Shown here: one piece after another, positions 24,505 through 24,762 of the stretch
How the letters are laid out: each line of letters begins with the position of its first letter
Numbering within the stretch: the stretch's first letter is position 1
Virus record (IMG/VR): IMGVR_UViG_3300044448_001125
Span: 1 to 24,762 of that record
DNA from: a virus
Taxonomy: Duplodnaviria; Caudoviricetes
Length of the DNA stretch: 24,762 nucleotides
Reading direction: 5' to 3' (one strand)
Position numbers and translations under genes: made by a program
The notes under the pieces: generated by a model
Told to the model about the DNA's origin: nothing
Databases searched by the model: none
What the model saw: only the letters and a program-made list of their open reading frames with translations

Positions 24505-24762
24505 ATGAGTATTTCTATTATCACACTAACCGACGGCGTAGTATCCAAAGGCGATGTAAACACCCTAGCTAGCACCGAACGCGTAGATATTCCTACGCCT
24601 GAAGAAGAGCAAGCTCTTCTCGCGTATGAGGAACACTTTCGCCAACCGGAACTAGCTAGCTTTGTCCAGAACGCGCAAGACCACGCGGTAATTACACCCG
24701 CCGTCTATGACTTCGAGGATGAACTGCAACGCCGAGAGGAATCCGACGTACCGAACGCGCTA
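24505..24762 (+). CDS. Hypothetical acidic protein, N-terminal part (runs off the right edge; not in ORF track)
   Basis: Promoter, AAGGAG RBS and ATG 24505, open for 86 codons: MSISIITLTDGVVSKGDVNTLASTERVDIPTPEEEQALLAYEEHFRQPELASF...ESDVPNAL. Confidence 0.8.
   Translation, partial: MSISIITLTDGVVSKGDVNTLASTERVDIPTPEEEQALLAYEEHFRQPELASFVQNAQDHAVITPAVYDFEDELQRREESDVPNAL

Noticed and set aside
24089-24575. Track ORFs 24089-24343 (+) and 24288-24575 (-)
   Set aside because: The first translates a low-complexity T tract. The second runs antisense across the consensus promoter and the supported plus-strand gene.
1-24762. Stop-codon reassignment
   Set aside because: Genes are full length and tightly packed under the standard code. 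TAA, TAG and TGA all end ORFs at sensible junctions.

Overview
A ~24.8 kb, AT-rich segment of a tailed dsDNA bacteriophage with podovirus-like organisation. Almost all of it is one tightly packed minus-strand morphogenesis operon. Read right to left, it encodes a DUF736-like protein, three small very basic proteins, terminase small subunit, a small ORF, terminase large subunit, a PD-(D/E)XK-like nuclease, portal, scaffold, major capsid protein (MCP), a 50-aa ORF, two head-tail adaptor-like proteins, two tail nozzle-like ORFs interrupted by a nucleotidyltransferase, a fibre-like protein, four probable internal/ejection proteins, a 121-aa protein and a truncated tail fibre. Right of ~23.9 kb lie a non-coding control region with phased palindromic repeats, an abrupt switch to CpG-rich DNA, and a consensus sigma70 promoter driving a divergent plus-strand gene. 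The most notable observations are: (1) an unannotated 50-aa ORF that copies the MCP N-terminal arm and adds a Lys/Arg tail; (2) at least 31 GCTAGC sites with no GATC found; (3) a nucleotidyltransferase between what look like two halves of a tail protein; (4) an 11-bp-phased iteron-like array; (5) an A9 frameshift in a small basic gene; (6) a candidate structured leader RNA. Family assignments come from motif recognition and gene order, and counts were made by eye. No searches were run.
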